Notes: generated by a model from the letters alone, not told the origin. Positions 47,361 through 57,703 are shown, counted from the stretch's first letter. The stretch is DNA of 64,000 nucleotides from Selaginella moellendorffii (GCF_000143415.4 NW_003314296.1:1277858-1341857); one strand, 5' to 3'. Numbers and translations are program-made.

Positions 47361-49790
47361 TCATATCAGTAGCGATCTCTTTGCCACTGAATCCGGCCAG
47401 AACGGCATGCTCTCGAGCAATTCCATTGCGAAATCCCTGCGCCCCGACCTCGCAAGAACGCCGAGAATGCAGCAGTAGTGCCGGATCGACGCCTGGAGCC
47501 CGAAATCCAGCGCCATTGACAAGAACTGGCGCCGGCTCTCCTCGATCGACCGCGGCGATCCCAGCACCGCCAAGAACGTCCCCCTGTCCGGCGCAAACCC
47601 TAGCAAGACCATCGCGTGGAGGAGCTCGATCGCGTTGCCAAAAGTGGAGCTTGCCGCCACAATGTACGTGCTCCACGACACGTCATCACGCTCTGGCATC
47701 CAAGCGAATATCTTCGCAGCCTGTTCTAAACTCCCAACCTGGGAATATGCCACCATCAGCGCATTCCATGCCACAAGATTCCTCTCTGGCATGTTGTGAA
47801 AGGCTTCCCTGGTAGCATCAAGCTCCCAATTCTGGGCAAAAGATGCCACCATTGTGGACCAAGAAATGGTGTCCAGCCATGGAATATAATCAAACACTCT
47901 TTTTGCTTGACAAATATTCCCAGCTTTAGAATATGCCTGTAACATTGCAGTGGAGCATATTACATTGTTTCTAAGAGGTATTTTATCATATATACATTGT
48001 GCCTCTTCAATGTTGCCTTTGGAGGAAAATGCTTGCAAAATGGATGACATTGAAGACATAGTATATTCTGGCACTTGATTGCAAAGGTGTAGAGCTTCTT
48101 CTTTGAAATTATTGGAGATGAGTGCCACAATAATCATGGCCCATGAGTGAATATCCCTCTCCCTCATGCTTTTGAATATGATCCTTGCCTCATGCATCTG
48201 CCTGGCTTCGGCATATGCTCCAATCATTAAGCTCCAAACTTTCAAATCATGCTCTGGCATATTCTTAAAAATAGTTTTTGCTCCCTCCAAATTCCCAGCC
48301 CTGGCATATCCTTGCAACATTGCAGTGTATGTTATAATGTTTTTTATGGGAATGTCCTCGAATATGTTTTCTGCTTCAATCATATGCCCACATTGGGTAT
48401 AAGCAGTGAGAAATGAGGTCCAAAGCACCACATCTGGATATTCAACCTTCAGAAACAAATCCATTGATTCCTCAAATTTGCCATTTTTCACTAAGCTCTG
48501 AAGCATTATTTCTAAACCATGCCCATCCCAAAGAGGCATTTGGTGAAAAACTTTCTTTGCTAGATCTAAGTGCTCACATTGACAATAAACTTGTAGCAAA
48601 GCATTCCAAGTTCCCAAAGTATGGCAAGGCATCTCCAGAAAAACACACTTTGCTGCTACCACGTCGCCCAGCTGAGAATATGCGCCAATAGCAGCATTGA
48701 AAGAAAGAATATTCACCTCTGGAAGCCGCTTAAACATTCTAACAGCTCCCTCTGGATACCCATTCTGGGAATATCCAGCTATGCATGTAGTCCACGACAC
48801 TATGTTCGTCAATGGCATCTGGGCAAAAAGATTCCGGGCATCCTCCAACCATCTGCAGCATATATAACCTGCTAGCATAGAATTCCACGTAACCAAATTA
48901 TGCCTAGGCATCTTACTATAGAGTTTCCAAGCTCGATCAAGATTCCCATTTGAGGCAAGTGCATCAAGCATAATATTCCAGGACACAATATTCCTCTCCG
49001 GCATAGAATCGAATATTCTTTTGACTGAAACAGAATCATTGCTTTGACTGTAAGCTGCAAGCATCACGTTGAACGACACTGTGTCTGGATGAGGAATTTT
49101 CTCAAACAAGGACTTGGCACTTTCAATATGCCCGTTTTGGGCATATGCTTGTACCATAAGATTCCAAGATACAACGTTCTTGTGGGCGATACCATCAAAC
49201 AATCCCTCTGCCTTTTCTAGAAATCCATTTTCCCCAAATGCTTGTATCAAAGCATTGCACGAAACTAGACTCTTCTCCGGCATTCTTTCAAAGTAAGACA
49301 CGGCGTCCTCCAAATGCCCAGCTTTGGCGAGCCCTGTGACGATCGAATTCCACGAAACTTGATTCGCATCGGGCATTTCCTCGAAGATCTTCTTTGCGGC
49401 GTCGAGATCCCCGCTCTGGACGAACAAGCTGATCATGTTGTTCCATAGAACAGGAGGTTTCTCTGGAGCCATGTCAAAGAGGCTCTTCGCTGCGTCGAAA
49501 TGACCGTTCTGGGCATAGGCCGAGATCATGGTGCTCCAGGAGAATGCGTTTGGCGCCTCCATCTTGTCGAAGATCGAGCGCGCGGATTCCACACAGCCGC
49601 ACTTGCCATACATGTCGATGAGAAGGTTGAGGAGGAACCTGTCAGATCGGAGCTGGCTCTGCGAGACCCAATCGTGAATTTGCCTTCCGGACAAGAGATC
49701 TCGATCAAACGCGCAGCCACGGATCACTTCCGCGAAATCCTGGACCCTGTGGAATTGATCCGCAGCGCCCGCGATCTGGATTGCATCCAT
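47361..49790 (-). CDS. PLS-class PPR protein (809 aa), ends in a truncated E region, no DYW
   Basis: Intronless ORF of tandem ~31-aa PPR motifs. N-terminal GRQIH..LIDMYGKCG; C-terminal HYCCILGVLARSG..SMPFWPD. Confidence 0.95.
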   Translation of the reverse strand: MDAIQIAGAADQFHRVQDFAEVIRGCAFDRDLLSGRQIHDWVSQSQLRSDRFLLNLLIDMYGKCGCVESARSIFDKMEAPNAFSWSTMISAYAQNGHFDAAKSLFDMAPEKPPVLWNNMISLFVQSGDLDAAKKIFEEMPDANQVSWNSIVTGLAKAGHLEDAVSYFERMPEKSLVSCNALIQAFGENGFLEKAEGLFDGIAHKNVVSWNLMVQAYAQNGHIESAKSLFEKIPHPDTVSFNVMLAAYSQSNDSVSVKRIFDSMPERNIVSWNIMLDALASNGNLDRAWKLYSKMPRHNLVTWNSMLAGYICCRWLEDARNLFAQMPLTNIVSWTTCIAGYSQNGYPEGAVRMFKRLPEVNILSFNAAIGAYSQLGDVVAAKCVFLEMPCHTLGTWNALLQVYCQCEHLDLAKKVFHQMPLWDGHGLEIMLQSLVKNGKFEESMDLFLKVEYPDVVLWTSFLTAYTQCGHMIEAENIFEDIPIKNIITYTAMLQGYARAGNLEGAKTIFKNMPEHDLKVWSLMIGAYAEARQMHEARIIFKSMRERDIHSWAMIIVALISNNFKEEALHLCNQVPEYTMSSMSSILQAFSSKGNIEEAQCIYDKIPLRNNVICSTAMLQAYSKAGNICQAKRVFDYIPWLDTISWSTMVASFAQNWELDATREAFHNMPERNLVAWNALMVAYSQVGSLEQAAKIFAWMPERDDVSWSTYIVAASSTFGNAIELLHAMVLLGFAPDRGTFLAVLGSPRSIEESRRQFLSMALDFGLQASIRHYCCILGVLARSGRRDFAMELLESMPFWPDSVAKRSLLI

Positions 49791-49802
49791 CGAGCCAAGC
49801 TC

Positions 49803-50087
49803 TCACGCGTGCTTGAAGAGCTTCATGCTGAGCCAGTGGAAGTAGACAGCCACGATCAAGACCGGGATCGTCATGGGAACCAGGAAGAAATAGTACCTGG
49901 GATCATCAAGAAACCCCAGATCTCGTCAAGAAACGATGAAGCGAAGGACTTACCACTCTCCCCGGATGAAATCCAGAGGCTTTGGCCCCGAAGATGGCAA
50001 GAGCTGCGCCAAGAACGCGAAGTAGACGATGGCGCCAAAGGAGCAAACGCTGAGCGCTAGAAGAAGAGCTCCGCCTTTCCCGCGCAT
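49803..50087 (-). CDS. PIG-Y: GPI-GlcNAc transferase subunit Y (PIG-Y/Eri1 family), 75 aa, exons 50087-49954 and 49896-49803
   Basis: Splicing a 57-nt GT-AG intron gives MRGKGGALLLALSVCSFGAIVYFAFLAQLLPSSGPKPLDFIRGEWYYFFLVPMTIPVLIVAVYFHWLSMKLFKHA*. It has two TM helices and the conserved plant PIG-Y ending YY..LVP.T.P...VAVYFHWLSMKLFKHA. Missing from the ORF track. Confidence 0.92.
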
Positions 50088-50423
50088 TGCTTCTGCCCTA
50101 AAAGTTTGAACTAACTCACCCAAGTTAGCGTTAACCTAACCTGGAATCCCTTTAAAACGATGCCTGGATCTTCGGATCCTTTTTTAATATATGAGGAGGA
50201 GGAAGCCCGTGTGTCTCGAGGGCTCTTGTCCACGCGCACACCCCAGCGCGCTTCTTGGAAGGTACGACTCAATCCATCTTGGCGCTCGCGCTCTCAGCGA
50301 TCAATCTCCTGGAATCGATTCCAGTCCACGCCGCCATGAATCGATCTGGTCGGTAATCCGATTTCGCGAGATTTCGTGCTCAACTCACCCTGTTCTTGAC
50401 AGCCGCGCAAGATTCTACCCGGA

Positions 50424-51463
50424 ATGAGAGATCGATCGGCAAAGGTATGGGAATCTCTTCCAAGAAGCCTAATGTAGGAACCAGGGGCCTGTCCAGGTCG
50501 TCGGCGCAGAGCTGCCGCGGAGCAGCGGCGGATAGAACAGCAGCGATGGGGGCAATTCGACGAAGACAAGGACGAGGATGGAGCTACGGACTTGATCCTT
50601 GCGCCGGCGCCGAGGCGGCGTAGCAGGCGTCCCTCGCGGCGAGAGCTGCTACAGGATGAGCTCCAACTGGCGAGGGATGAGCTCGAGATGGAGGCGCTGC
50701 GCTTGCGATACGGCGGATCTCACGAGCTCGATATTGCTCTAGGTAAGTTGTCGCAATTCGCAAGGTACTTCTTTCCCTCTTCTTTGCTTGTTTGGTTTTT
50801 TCTTTTCTTTGTTTGAGTGCCTTCTTTGCTTCCATTGATCAAGGTGGTTTGCCTTCCTTCGTCTATTTCGTTTTCCCTTCCCACGGTTCTTCTATTTGTT
50901 TTGAGAAAACTTCTCACGCTTCTCCTTGTTGGTTTGTCTTCCTTCATCTTTTTTCCTTTTCTCGAGAGAACTTCTCACGGTTTGAAGTGCAGCCTTGTCT
51001 CTCTCGTTGAGTGATGAACCGACTTACGCTCACGCGGAGGCTACTGCGGTTTCACTGGATATGTCGTATGAGGCAAGTAACTTCCCTTCTTTCTTTTCGC
51101 GTAGTTTTCTCGAGCTTGGGACTCACTCGTCTTCCACAGAGCCTCGTAGAACTGGAGAGCGTGAAGTGCGTGGCTTCGCCAGCTCTGGTGGCTTCCCTTG
51201 ACCGGACCGTCTTCTCAGATGGCGGCGGCGGCGGCTCCGCCGAGTAAGTCCCTCTGATCACTCTCACTCCTCTGACTTGGGCTTTCTTTGTGGCTTTTCT
51301 ATCCAGCTCTTGCGTCATCTGCCAGAACGAATACGTTGGCGGGGACAATCTCTCCCGCCTACCTTGCAAGCACGACGTTCACGAAGCTTGCGGCTCCGAG
51401 TGGCTGCTCAACTATTCAAAGCTCTGCCCCGTCTGCAAGGCGGACGTGACCATGGAGCATTGA
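50424..51463 (+). CDS. RING-H2 E3 ubiquitin ligase, multi-exon (5' end uncertain)
   Basis: Last exon CVICQNEYVGGDNLSRLPCKHDVHEACGSEWLLNYSKLCPVCK is a C3H2C3 RING. Upstream DMSYE-SLVEL motif is joined across a GC-AG intron 51073-51139. Stop TGA at 51461-51463. Confidence 0.85.
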
Positions 51464-51641
51464 TCTTTGTACAGTTCCAGGTAAAACTTCATACTCGATC
51501 GATCGAAACTAAGAGAACTTCTTCCTTTCTTGTCCCGCAGATAGCTACATTATTATTTCTCATTGATTCATCCAGCAACGATGAACAAGCTGTACATTCA
51601 ACCTTGTAAAAAATGGTTCTTCTTTCTTGTATTTAACTTGT

Positions 51642-53777
51642 ATGTCAAGGCAGCGTGTCTTATCGTGGAACATCGCTATAGCAGCCTATGCCCGAAATGG
51701 TCAGGTGGAGCTCGCAAAGGCGGTGTTTGACGAGAGCCCCCAGCGCGACGTGTCTTCGTGGAACACACTCGCGCAGGCCTATCTCCACCGCCAGGATTTC
51801 TCCTCCGCGAAAAGAGCCTTCGATGGAATGCCTTCTCACGACGTTGTGTCGCTCAACACGATGGTTTGTGGGTACGTTCGCGCTGGATTGGTCCAACACG
51901 GTGAGGATCTCTTCCGCTGGATGCCGCAGAGGAGCAGCGTCTCATGGAAGAGTTTGTGCCAAGCATATGCCCAAACTGGGCATCTAGAGAGAGCTAAGAA
52001 CTTGTTTGAGAAAATGCCACATTTAGATCTTTTGTCATGCACAAGCCTCTTGAGTGTATTTGCCCAAACGTGTCAAATGGAACAAGCAAAACTTATTTTT
52101 GATGTGATGTGTTTTAGAGATGTTCTGTGCTGGGTTGCCATGCTTGCAGCATATGCCAAAGGTGGGTATATGCTGATTTCTGAAGTGTGTTTTGCTTTGA
52201 TGCCTTGCTGGGACAATGTGGCGTTTACTGTTATGCTGGCGACATATTCCCGCTGTGGAAAGTTAACTAAAGCCTTGGATATCTTTCAGAAAATAGTCTC
52301 TCACGACGTTTATTCCTGGACTGCGCTGCTTTCGGCATATGCCATAAACGGGCATTTTGAGGAAGCGTATGGAATCTTCTCCTTTATGCCGTGCCGCGGG
52401 CCTGTTGCGTGGAACTCGATGATTTCTTCGTTCTCGCAAATGGGAAACTTGGAAGTGACGAAGTTTTTGTTTGAAGAGATGCCTCAGCTGGACATTGTGG
52501 CGTGGGCGTCGCTGGTCATGGCCTGTACCGAGGCACAACAAATGGGCTTGGCCCAAAACGTGTACGACCGGATGCCCCAGCACAATGCCGTGGTTTGTAC
52601 CTCTCTTTTCCAGGCATATGCCCGCTATGGGCATCTCAAAGAAGCCGAGAAAATGTACCACGGAATGTTCTACAAAGATGCTCTCTCGAGTAGAGTCTTG
52701 TTGAGTGCCTACATACGGAACGAAGAACCGGTTCTAGCGAAAGAGTTCTTTGACAAGATGTGGAAGAGGGATCAGTTTTCGTGGAACATTTTGCTGTGCG
52801 GCTTTGTGCACTGTGGCTGGCTAGACAAGGCCGAGATTCTGCTGCACGAAAAGATGCCAATGTACGGCATTGTGCCGATGAATGCCATTCTAGCCGGATA
52901 TTCCCAGCTTGGGAATCTAGAGAAAGTTAAGATGCTCTTTGATGCTCTTCCTTGTGGCAATGTTGTCTCGTGGTTTATTCTCATTGCTTGCCATGCCCAC
53001 AAAGGGGAATCTCTCCAAACAAAGCTCGTGTTTGGAAAGATGCCGCAGCTGAACATGGTGGCTTGGAATGCCTTGGGATTCGTCTGTGGTTTGACGAAGC
53101 AGCTGGAAGCAGCACGAGAAGTTTTCCATTCGATGCCGGGTCGTGATTTTCTCTCGTGGGCGAATTTTCTTGCAGCATCACTATCGAGTGGAGATCTTCC
53201 ATCGGCAAAGCGGGTCTTTGAAAAGATCCCGATGCTGGACATGGTTCTTTGGACGACTTTTGTTTTGGCTCATGCCCAAGCTGGGCATATTGGTGAAGCC
53301 AACACACTCTTTGCAAAGATGCCAGCCAGAGACTTGGTGGCTTGCAACGCCATGCTTGGAATCTATGCCCAGAATGGGTATTGCAGCGAGGCAACTGGCC
53401 TCCTCCAAGAGATGACCCTGGAAGGTTTGAGCGCCGATGGGACGAGCTTCACGAGCTTGCTCAGTGGATTTGGCCACTCGGGATTGCTCAGCGATGGATT
53501 GAGCTGCTTGGCGAGCATGGCTATTGACTTTGGTCTTGTTCCAGATCCCCAACACTACGGCAGTGTGATTGATCTCGTTGCCAGGAGTGGAGAGGTGAAA
53601 GATGCGAAGGGAATGCTGGCATGGTTTGGCCTTGCAAGCGATGTTGCCTGGAGGAGCTTGCTCGCTGCTTGCCGCATTCAGCTGGATGAAGAGAGCGCTC
53701 TGGCAGCTGCTAGCTCCCAAGAAGATCACAAGGAAAAGGCTCCCTATTCTTTGCTTGTAAACATTCTTGCAAGCTGA
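51642..53777 (+). CDS. PLS-class PPR protein (~711 aa) with E-like end, no DYW
   Basis: Intronless tandem PPR motifs; HYGSVIDLVARSG..VAWRSLLAACRIQ..PYSLLVNI. First ATG at 51642. Confidence 0.93.
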   Translation: MSRQRVLSWNIAIAAYARNGQVELAKAVFDESPQRDVSSWNTLAQAYLHRQDFSSAKRAFDGMPSHDVVSLNTMVCGYVRAGLVQHGEDLFRWMPQRSSVSWKSLCQAYAQTGHLERAKNLFEKMPHLDLLSCTSLLSVFAQTCQMEQAKLIFDVMCFRDVLCWVAMLAAYAKGGYMLISEVCFALMPCWDNVAFTVMLATYSRCGKLTKALDIFQKIVSHDVYSWTALLSAYAINGHFEEAYGIFSFMPCRGPVAWNSMISSFSQMGNLEVTKFLFEEMPQLDIVAWASLVMACTEAQQMGLAQNVYDRMPQHNAVVCTSLFQAYARYGHLKEAEKMYHGMFYKDALSSRVLLSAYIRNEEPVLAKEFFDKMWKRDQFSWNILLCGFVHCGWLDKAEILLHEKMPMYGIVPMNAILAGYSQLGNLEKVKMLFDALPCGNVVSWFILIACHAHKGESLQTKLVFGKMPQLNMVAWNALGFVCGLTKQLEAAREVFHSMPGRDFLSWANFLAASLSSGDLPSAKRVFEKIPMLDMVLWTTFVLAHAQAGHIGEANTLFAKMPARDLVACNAMLGIYAQNGYCSEATGLLQEMTLEGLSADGTSFTSLLSGFGHSGLLSDGLSCLASMAIDFGLVPDPQHYGSVIDLVARSGEVKDAKGMLAWFGLASDVAWRSLLAACRIQLDEESALAAASSQEDHKEKAPYSLLVNILAS

Positions 53778-54329
53778 TAGCTTAGTTTACACAAGTGATC
53801 GAGAACACAAGTGAGAAAGTGAGTGAAGAGGTGAAAATTAAGTGGTTTTATGCCTCTAGGTAGGTGTTGTAACACCCAAAAAAACACTGTAAAATCTCAA
53901 GCTATAAGTGCTACCTTAGATTTTTAGAATACCACAAAAACAAGTCCTTGATTTTGGTTGACCCTCCAGAGCCTTCACACAAGTTCTAGAAATTATGTGT
54001 GTCATATTGAGAGGAATTAGGATGCTCATAGGTGGAAAATGTACTGACACTTCCCCAAACTTCTGACTCAACTGACTGAAGGGCAGGGTCCATATCCCCA
54101 CTTGCAAAATGTAGCTTTCCCCACCTCAGGCGCTCACAGGAATCTCTCCTCTCATTTACTGATTCCCAAATTATGTTGTGGCCATTGAGTGTGTTGATTT
54201 CTTTCTTTGCTTTCCCCTGCTTTTCCTTCCACCCACAGATCTATATAGAAATCCTTTCTCCTCTATCACTTGCTTGATCTGGAAAATAGATCTGATGCTC
54301 TGACCTTTCAAAGCTTCCCCCTGCTCCCC

Positions 54330-54692
54330 TCATGATCCCTGAATTGCAGACTGGATTGTGAACTGACACCATAGCAGAAACAGCACCAGTGCAATGAGCC
54401 CTCCAACCAAGAGTGAAGACTGTGAAATCCCTGGATTTGATGGGCTGAGCTTTGGGCCAGAGGGAGAGGGAGAGGAGGAGGAGGAGCTGAGGAAATGGAG
54501 GAGGAAGAGCAGGAGAACTGGGAGCAAAAAGAGTGGCTTGAGTGACATCTCTGATGATTTCTCCTCCTCCTCTTCCTCCTCTGCTCCCTCTAATGTAAGA
54601 TACCATGGGATAATCAGGATTCCCAGCACCAGCACAAGAATGAGCAATGGAACCAGTGGGGATGGAGAGGAGGCATCTGCAGCTGTTGCCAT
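54330..54692 (-). CDS. Small plant membrane protein (120 aa, three hydrophobic segments)
   Basis: PL..L.LVL..PWY / LFLLPVLLLFLLHFLS / VGGLIALVLFLLWCQ..IQS matches a widespread uncharacterised land-plant TM family. Confidence 0.8.
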   Translation of the reverse strand: MATAADASSPSPLVPLLILVLVLGILIIPWYLTLEGAEEEEEEEKSSEMSLKPLFLLPVLLLFLLHFLSSSSSSPSPSGPKLSPSNPGISQSSLLVGGLIALVLFLLWCQFTIQSAIQGS

Positions 54693-55123
54693 TTTCGAAA
54701 ATGGGAGAAAAGAAAATAGAGAAAAAAGATAAAAGGGAATGAAAAGAGGCAGCTGCTGTTGTAGGTAGATGGAATTGAAGCTGTTTGTATTTACTTTTGT
54801 ATTTCTGGTCTGGTTCTTCCTTGTGGGGGTCCTTTGCAGCCCAGTAAAAATGCTTTAAAATTCTACACACTCACATGTAAGATGGTGTCAAGCTCTTGCT
54901 TGAGCCCGCCTGCATGTTTCCTTTGATTTGCTCTCCCTCCTGTAACTTTTTTCTTCTTTTTATCCTCCTTGATTTTGTTGGTAGAGTCTAAAAAGGAAGC
55001 AGAGCGCGTTTTCTCTTCCGTCCTACTCCATAAACATCAACGTCGTCTTGTCCCAAACAGATGCCTTTTTGGTGCATTTTCTTTTTTCTTTAGAGAAAAG
55101 AAGTCTTGTTTTTTCCTTTGATT

Positions 55124-57703
55124 TTAGTGACTACTTGATAGTGAATTTGCTAGAAGGGCCAGGGCTCCAGCTCTCTTTCCATCCAGCCTAGCGAGCACAT
55201 TGGTTCCTTTGATTAGAGTTTTAGGAGCCGCTCCCAGTAAACATGTCCACTCCAAGGAATCTGGCTCGAATGGCATGTTCTCGATTAGATCTCTCGCAGC
55301 TTCATAAGAGGCTGCTCTTCCCACTAAATCGACCATGCAAGAGTAGTGCTGCTTCAAAGCCACAAATCCGTAGCTTTCAACCAGCATGAAAAAATTCTTC
55401 CTTCCATTTTCAAGATCTCCCAAGCGACTGCACGCAATAAGAACTGATACAAAACACGTCTGGTCGGTCACGTCCAAGATTTTCGCTTCCTCAAATAAAG
55501 CAAACGCTTCAAGGTAGTGGCGGTTTTGGGCATATGCAGCAAGCATCGTGTTCCAGGTAACAATGTCTTTCTCAGGCATTTTGTCGAAAAACGCTTTTGC
55601 AAGAGCTATATCCCCAGATTGGGCATATGCAGCAAGCATGGCATTCCATGTTACTACAGTTTTCTCACCGCACATAGTGTGGAACATCCCAAAGGCAGTT
55701 TGTAGGTCTTCACAGGCTAGAATCTCATTGAAAGAAATAGAATCTTGCTGTGGCATGGAGTTGAATACAACCTTGGCTTGCTCGATATGCCCAGTTTGAA
55801 CATATCCACAAAGCATAGAATTCCAAGAAGATAACCCTCTATGCGGCATTTGCTCAAACATTGCCTTAGCGTCTTCAATGCGATTGTTCATTGCATAGGC
55901 ACTCAACATTGCATTCCAAGACACGATATCATGAACTGCCATTGAATCGAACAAGAGTTTTGCCGATTCAAGCTGACCTGTTCTTGAGTAGCCTGTGATC
56001 ATAGTCGTCCAGGCTACAAGGTCTGTCTCTGGAATTTGGTCAAAAATGCTCTTTGCTTCCTCCATCTCTCCTTCTTGGGCATATGCTCCTATCATGGTAG
56101 TCCAAACACAAAGGTCCTTAGTGGGCATAGCATCAAATATGATTCTAGCATTTTGAAAGTCACCTTTCTTAGAATAAGCCCATATAATGATTGCCCATGA
56201 AACTAAATTCCATTGTGGCATTGTATCAAAGATATTGGAGGTTTTCTCAAAGTTTTTCCCTTGTGAGAAGGCCATTAGCATTGCATTGTAAGAGCTCAAG
56301 TCCTTCTCTACCATTCTAAGAAACAAAAACTCACATTCTAGATAATACCCATGCCGGGCATATGCTAAGAGCATTGTATTTGCAGATAAAAGGTCCCACT
56401 CTGGCATTGTGTTAAAAATGTGGCTTGCATAATCAAAATCATTTGCTTGATTATAGCATGACAGCAAACACGTCCACGAAACTAAGTCATATTGAGGCAT
56501 ATCCTCAAATAAACGACGAGCTTCATCAATATATCCCATTTGGGCATATGCTTTCAACAAGGTGGTATAAGACGTCATATCCTTCCAATGTAAATCCTCA
56601 AAAATCTTCTTGGCCTCGTCAAAATTTTCAGAAGCATAGAAGGCAAGCATGGCATTCCATGAGATAATAGAATGCTCTGGTAGTTCACAGAGCATTCGCT
56701 TGGCTTGCAACGTATCACCTTCGCTTACATAAGCAGAAAAAAGAGTGATCCATGACACACAATCATGGGTTGGAATCGAGTCTACAAGTTTTTCTGCCTT
56801 TTCAATATGTCCAGTTTCAATAAATACAGAGAGCAGAAGCGTAGAAGAAACTAAGTCGATCTGTGGCATATTCACGTATATGCTCTCAGCAAAGGATACA
56901 TTTTCTTCTTGGCAGTACCCTTCCAGAATTGTGTTCCAAGATACAAAATCTTGATACCGCATTGTGTCAAAGAAATTTCTGGCCTTTTGCATTTGCCCGG
57001 ATTTGGTAAATGCTCGTAAAACGATGTTGCTTGATATCAAGTCAAACACAGGCATTTTGTTGTAGAGGGCTTCCTTTTCCGGTACTTCTTCAGAATTGTA
57101 CGCTGAAAGTATCAACGTCCAAGAAACTAAGTCGTGAACCGGCATCCTCTCAAACAGAAATTTGGCATTTACCAGATGCCCGTCACGGGCATATACAGAA
57201 AGCATGGAGTTCCAGCTCACAAGGTTTCGTTCGGTCATTTCGTTGAACACTAGCTCTGCCTTTTGTACCTCGCCATGTTTTGCATACAGTGTGAGAAGTA
57301 TATTGTGGCAGACAACGTCCCACATTGGCATACGAGCAAATATTCTCTTAGATTCTCTGATATGCCCATGCCGGGCATATGCCTCGAGCAGCACTGTCCA
57401 CGAGACAATGCCGGGTTGTGGAATCTCCTCAAAGAGAAGCCTCGCATTTCTAAGATCGTCATTTTTGCAGTAAGCTAGGAGGATGGCGTGCCAGGAAAAG
57501 GAATCTTTCGATCCCAGGGAATCAAAGACGGCTCGTGCGTGGCTAGGCGAGCCGCAGTGGCCGTACGCTTGAATCAGCTTGTTGGCAGCGAAGAGATTGT
57601 GTGGAAGAAGCGATTTGATCCGCTCGTGAATCTCTCTCGCATCAACCAGAGTTTTGCAGCGCTCGATCTCGGCGAACAAATCCCGGTGAGAACTTGGAGC
57701 CAT
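55124..57703 (-). CDS. PLS-class PPR protein (~859 aa) with degenerate E domain, no DYW
   Basis: Intronless; AREIHERI..NKLIQAYGHCGS; HYSCMVDLVGRA..MPFEPDSLEWTCLLGA. First in-frame ATG at 57703. Confidence 0.95.
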   Translation of the reverse strand: MAPSSHRDLFAEIERCKTLVDAREIHERIKSLLPHNLFAANKLIQAYGHCGSPSHARAVFDSLGSKDSFSWHAILLAYCKNDDLRNARLLFEEIPQPGIVSWTVLLEAYARHGHIRESKRIFARMPMWDVVCHNILLTLYAKHGEVQKAELVFNEMTERNLVSWNSMLSVYARDGHLVNAKFLFERMPVHDLVSWTLILSAYNSEEVPEKEALYNKMPVFDLISSNIVLRAFTKSGQMQKARNFFDTMRYQDFVSWNTILEGYCQEENVSFAESIYVNMPQIDLVSSTLLLSVFIETGHIEKAEKLVDSIPTHDCVSWITLFSAYVSEGDTLQAKRMLCELPEHSIISWNAMLAFYASENFDEAKKIFEDLHWKDMTSYTTLLKAYAQMGYIDEARRLFEDMPQYDLVSWTCLLSCYNQANDFDYASHIFNTMPEWDLLSANTMLLAYARHGYYLECEFLFLRMVEKDLSSYNAMLMAFSQGKNFEKTSNIFDTMPQWNLVSWAIIIWAYSKKGDFQNARIIFDAMPTKDLCVWTTMIGAYAQEGEMEEAKSIFDQIPETDLVAWTTMITGYSRTGQLESAKLLFDSMAVHDIVSWNAMLSAYAMNNRIEDAKAMFEQMPHRGLSSWNSMLCGYVQTGHIEQAKVVFNSMPQQDSISFNEILACEDLQTAFGMFHTMCGEKTVVTWNAMLAAYAQSGDIALAKAFFDKMPEKDIVTWNTMLAAYAQNRHYLEAFALFEEAKILDVTDQTCFVSVLIACSRLGDLENGRKNFFMLVESYGFVALKQHYSCMVDLVGRAASYEAARDLIENMPFEPDSLEWTCLLGAAPKTLIKGTNVLARLDGKRAGALALLANSLSSSH

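Noticed and set aside
49500-50060. 186-aa + strand ORF
   Set aside because: Antisense shadow of the GC-rich PIG-Y and PPR 5' coding sequence.
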